Positions 61,417 to 64,000 of a stretch of 64,000 bases of DNA are shown piece by piece. The DNA comes from Oceanospirillaceae bacterium (lineage in GTDB: Bacteria; Pseudomonadota; Gammaproteobacteria; Pseudomonadales; Balneatricaceae). Below the pieces are notes generated by a model. That model was not told the DNA's origin, did no database searches, and saw only the letters and a program-made list of their open reading frames with translations. The translations under genes were made by a program, and so were the position numbers. The DNA lies in assembly GCA_024686035.1 (NCBI GenBank), contig JAIBDW010000001.1, positions 19,439 through 83,438 of the forward strand, given 5' to 3'. Within the stretch, counting starts at the first letter, position 1. Every line of letters starts with the position of its first letter.

Positions 61417-62853
61417 ATGGCTCGTTTATCGCCCTTACAGCGCAAACTTAAACTAAAAAATCCTTCGGCGTCTGCAAAGCAAAAGCGCTCTCAAGCTCAA
61501 GTGGATATTGAAATTGTCACTTTGCCTGTGGGTAAGCACCTTAGCCTTGAGCTTGACAACCTAAGCCACGATGGTCGTGGTGTGGGTCGCTGGGAGGGCA
61601 AAACAATTTTTGTGGAAGGCGGATTGCAAGGTGAGTCGGTCAAGGCTGAAGTGCTAAGTGATCATAAAACCCATACAGAGGCTCGCTTGTTGGAAATAAA
61701 GCAGGCCAGTGATCAACGTGTTACACCATTTTGTCCTGTTTATGATACCTGCGGTGGTTGTCAGTTACAGCATCTAGAGCCTGCGGCTCAAGTGAGCTAT
61801 AAACAGGCCGCGATTGCTGAACAATTGCGCCGTTTAGCCAACATTGAACCTCAGCAATGGGCTCAACCTATTGTGGGAGAAAACTTAGGTTACAGGCGCC
61901 GTGCACAGCTTGCTACACGATACTTTGCTGACAGCAAAACCTTATTGTTAGGTTTTCGCCAAAGCGGCCATAAGCATATTGTACCTATTACTCATTGCCC
62001 AGTATTAGAGCCTACTTTGTCTGATTTACTGGTGCCTTTGCACGGCGTATTAGTCACATTGGAACACACCCAAAGGGTCACTCATGTCGAGATATTGCAA
62101 GTCAACTCAGGGCCGTGTATCAGTTTGAAAGTGTCAGACACTCTCATTATTGATGACCAGATGCTGCTGTCTGCTTTTGCTCAACAGCACAATGTCAGCT
62201 TGGTTTGCCAGCAAACTGATGAGGATGACCTGTGGCTTAGCGGCACTAAAGACGCCTTAAGTTATAGTGTGTCAGTAGCAGGTATCGATAAGTTGATTGA
62301 GTTGGAATTTGCCGTGCAAGATTTTCTCCAAGTCAACGCCAAGGTCAACCAAGGCATGATCAACCAAGCTATTGAGTGGCTTGAGCTTTGTGCAGGTGAT
62401 CAAGTGTTAGATTTATTCAGCGGTGTAGGTAATTTCTCTTTACCTATTGCTAGCATGGCGGATCAACATGTTACAGTATTGGCCTTAGAAGGTGACTATG
62501 ACATGGTTAAGCAAGGTCGTCACAATGCTCGACGTAACGGCTTGGCGTTAGTGGATTTTGAACATGCAGACTTGTTTGAAACCAGTGCTCGCAAACAATG
62601 GCAAAGAAAGTCTTTCAATAAAGCGTTATTGGATCCGCCTCGAGCAGGGGCCAAAGGCATTGCTCAAATGCTTAAAGATCAGCCGCTAGAGCGTGTTGTC
62701 TATGTGTCATGTAACCCAGCCTCTATGGCGCGGGATTTAAAAGAGTTTGAAAGCCTAGGGTTTCGCGTTGATAAAGTGGGTTGTGTAGATATGTTCCCCC
62801 ATACCCCCCACTTAGAAGTAATGGCACTGCTTGTTGGTACAAACGTAAAATAA
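61417..62853 (+). CDS. rlmD: 23S rRNA m5U1939 methyltransferase
   Basis: TRAM domain, 4Fe-4S cysteines CPVYDTCGGC...CP, DLFSGVGNF, LDPPRAG, YVSCNP and DMFPHTPHLE. Confidence 0.95.
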   Translation: MARLSPLQRKLKLKNPSASAKQKRSQAQVDIEIVTLPVGKHLSLELDNLSHDGRGVGRWEGKTIFVEGGLQGESVKAEVLSDHKTHTEARLLEIKQASDQRVTPFCPVYDTCGGCQLQHLEPAAQVSYKQAAIAEQLRRLANIEPQQWAQPIVGENLGYRRRAQLATRYFADSKTLLLGFRQSGHKHIVPITHCPVLEPTLSDLLVPLHGVLVTLEHTQRVTHVEILQVNSGPCISLKVSDTLIIDDQMLLSAFAQQHNVSLVCQQTDEDDLWLSGTKDALSYSVSVAGIDKLIELEFAVQDFLQVNAKVNQGMINQAIEWLELCAGDQVLDLFSGVGNFSLPIASMADQHVTVLALEGDYDMVKQGRHNARRNGLALVDFEHADLFETSARKQWQRKSFNKALLDPPRAGAKGIAQMLKDQPLERVVYVSCNPASMARDLKEFESLGFRVDKVGCVDMFPHTPHLEVMALLVGTNVK

Positions 62854-62892
62854 CGTAAAACTGGCGCGTCAGGGCGGGTAAGGAACTAAAAT
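62845..62892 (+). promoter_or_regulatory. CpxR-type box and candidate -10 upstream of relA
   Basis: GTAAA-ATAAC-GTAAA at 62845-62859; TAAAAT at 62887-62892. Confidence 0.5.
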
Positions 62893-62933
62893 AGTGGGTG
62901 CTCCTTTGGGGTGATAATTTACGAGATTTGAGT

Positions 62934-64000
62934 ATGGTACAAGTACGCGCGCTACACCCCACTTACGCTGATGGTAATGTTGATATTCAAGCTTGGATGG
63001 CAGGCCTGAAAAATCTAGTCGAGCTGTCAGATGCAGGTGTTCTGCAACAAGCATGTGAGCTGGCCCAAAAAGTGCGCGACCATGCGAGTAAAAGTGAGGA
63101 TGTTTGGGCCACGCAAGAGGTCGATTGTTTTCGCACTGGCCTTGAAATGGCTGAAATATTAACCACCTTGCAAGTTAATGAAGAGACTTTAGTCGCTGCA
63201 GTTTTGTATCGTGCTGTACGTGAAGACAAACTCGCCTTAAAAGAAGTGAAGGACAGGTTTGGGCCAGTAGTGGCTTCGTTAATTGATGGTGTGCTGCAAA
63301 TGGCCGCCATAAGTAGCTTACAAAGCCCCACACGAGATAGTATTTTAGGCCAGTCTGATGGTCAGCTTACTAATGTGCGTAAGATGCTGGTATCCCTAGT
63401 GGATGATGTGCGTGTTGCACTGATCAAACTTGCTGAGCGCACCTGCGCTATTCGAGCTGTGAAAAACGTTGATCGAAAGAAACGTTATCTGGTTTCTCGC
63501 GAAGTGTTTGATGTATACGCCCCATTGGCCCACCGTCTAGGTATAGGCGCCATTAAATGGGAGCTTGAAGACCTTTCATTTCGTTACCTTCAGCCTAATG
63601 CTTACAAAGAAATTGCGTCTTATTTAGATGAACGGCGCATGGATAGGCAAGATTATATTGAACGCGTATTAGCTAACCTTACACAGCAGCTTAAAGGTGC
63701 TGGTATTGTGCCTGATGTGATGGGAAGAGCTAAGCACATCTACAGTATTTGGCGAAAAATGCAACGCAAAAATATTGAGTTCTCTAAAGTCTATGACGTG
63801 CGGGCGGTACGTGTACTAGTGCCTGAATTGACTGACTGTTATACCGCTTTGGGTATCGTTCATGGGTTGTGGCGTAATATCCCCCAAGAGTTCGATGACT
63901 ATATTGCCACCCCTAAAGAAAATGGCTATCGTTCTTTACACACTGCGGTGATTGGGCCAGAGGGTAAGGTTGTAGAAATCCAGATCCGCACCTTTGCTAT
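62934..64000 (+). CDS. relA: (p)ppGpp synthetase RelA, 3' end outside the window (absent from the ORF track because no stop is in view)
   Basis: My translation from ATG 62934: MVQVRALHPTYADGNVDIQAW; degenerate HD site (VLYRAVRED); synthetase motifs GRAKHIYSIWRKM, YDVRAVR and EFDDYIATPKENGYRSLHT. Confidence 0.96.
   Translation, partial: MVQVRALHPTYADGNVDIQAWMAGLKNLVELSDAGVLQQACELAQKVRDHASKSEDVWATQEVDCFRTGLEMAEILTTLQVNEETLVAAVLYRAVREDKLALKEVKDRFGPVVASLIDGVLQMAAISSLQSPTRDSILGQSDGQLTNVRKMLVSLVDDVRVALIKLAERTCAIRAVKNVDRKKRYLVSREVFDVYAPLAHRLGIGAIKWELEDLSFRYLQPNAYKEIASYLDERRMDRQDYIERVLANLTQQLKGAGIVPDVMGRAKHIYSIWRKMQRKNIEFSKVYDVRAVRVLVPELTDCYTALGIVHGLWRNIPQEFDDYIATPKENGYRSLHTAVIGPEGKVVEIQIRTFA

Overview
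This window is core chromosome from a gammaproteobacterium. Gene order and protein style resemble Pseudomonadales/Oceanospirillales, and a marine habitat is plausible (both inferred). It holds about 60 mostly housekeeping CDSs, two tRNAs (Leu-GAG and initiator Met) and a 6S RNA. Main blocks: glmM(partial)-tpiA-secG-tRNA-Leu; a three-gene islet; tRNA-fMet-rimP-nusA-infB-rbfA-truB-rpsO-pnp; serA/rpiA/ilvA; cpxRA-like two-component system; ssrS-zapA; ygfB-pepP-ubiH-ubiI-gcvH-rlmI; rppH-ptsP; lgt-thyA-folA; argA-ilvD; glnE; a lipid A/Kdo cluster; thiPQ-hemY-nudF-cpdA-parE; a Spy/CpxP-family gene; and lepA-lepB-rnc-era-recO-pdxJ-acpS-cysM-rlmD-relA(partial). I found no integrase, transposase, prophage, CRISPR array or defence system, and I cannot support a new multi-gene enzyme system. 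The strongest unexplained signal is regulatory. Perfect CpxR-type GTAAA-N5-GTAAA boxes sit at the cpxR promoter, directly upstream of relA, and as a triple repeat in the folA/ilvD convergent gap. A GCAAA variant sits upstream of a detached Spy/CpxP gene that appears to start at a non-canonical ATT codon. Together these suggest an envelope-stress regulon that may include the (p)ppGpp synthetase. Other oddities: thiPQ without thiB or a riboswitch, coupled to waaA; a HemY-type protoporphyrinogen oxidase; 6S RNA followed by cpxRA instead of ygfA and carrying an internal direct repeat; an orphan gcvH; and a 25/27-nt direct repeat bracketing the tRNA islet. All motif searches were done by eye and are not exhaustive.
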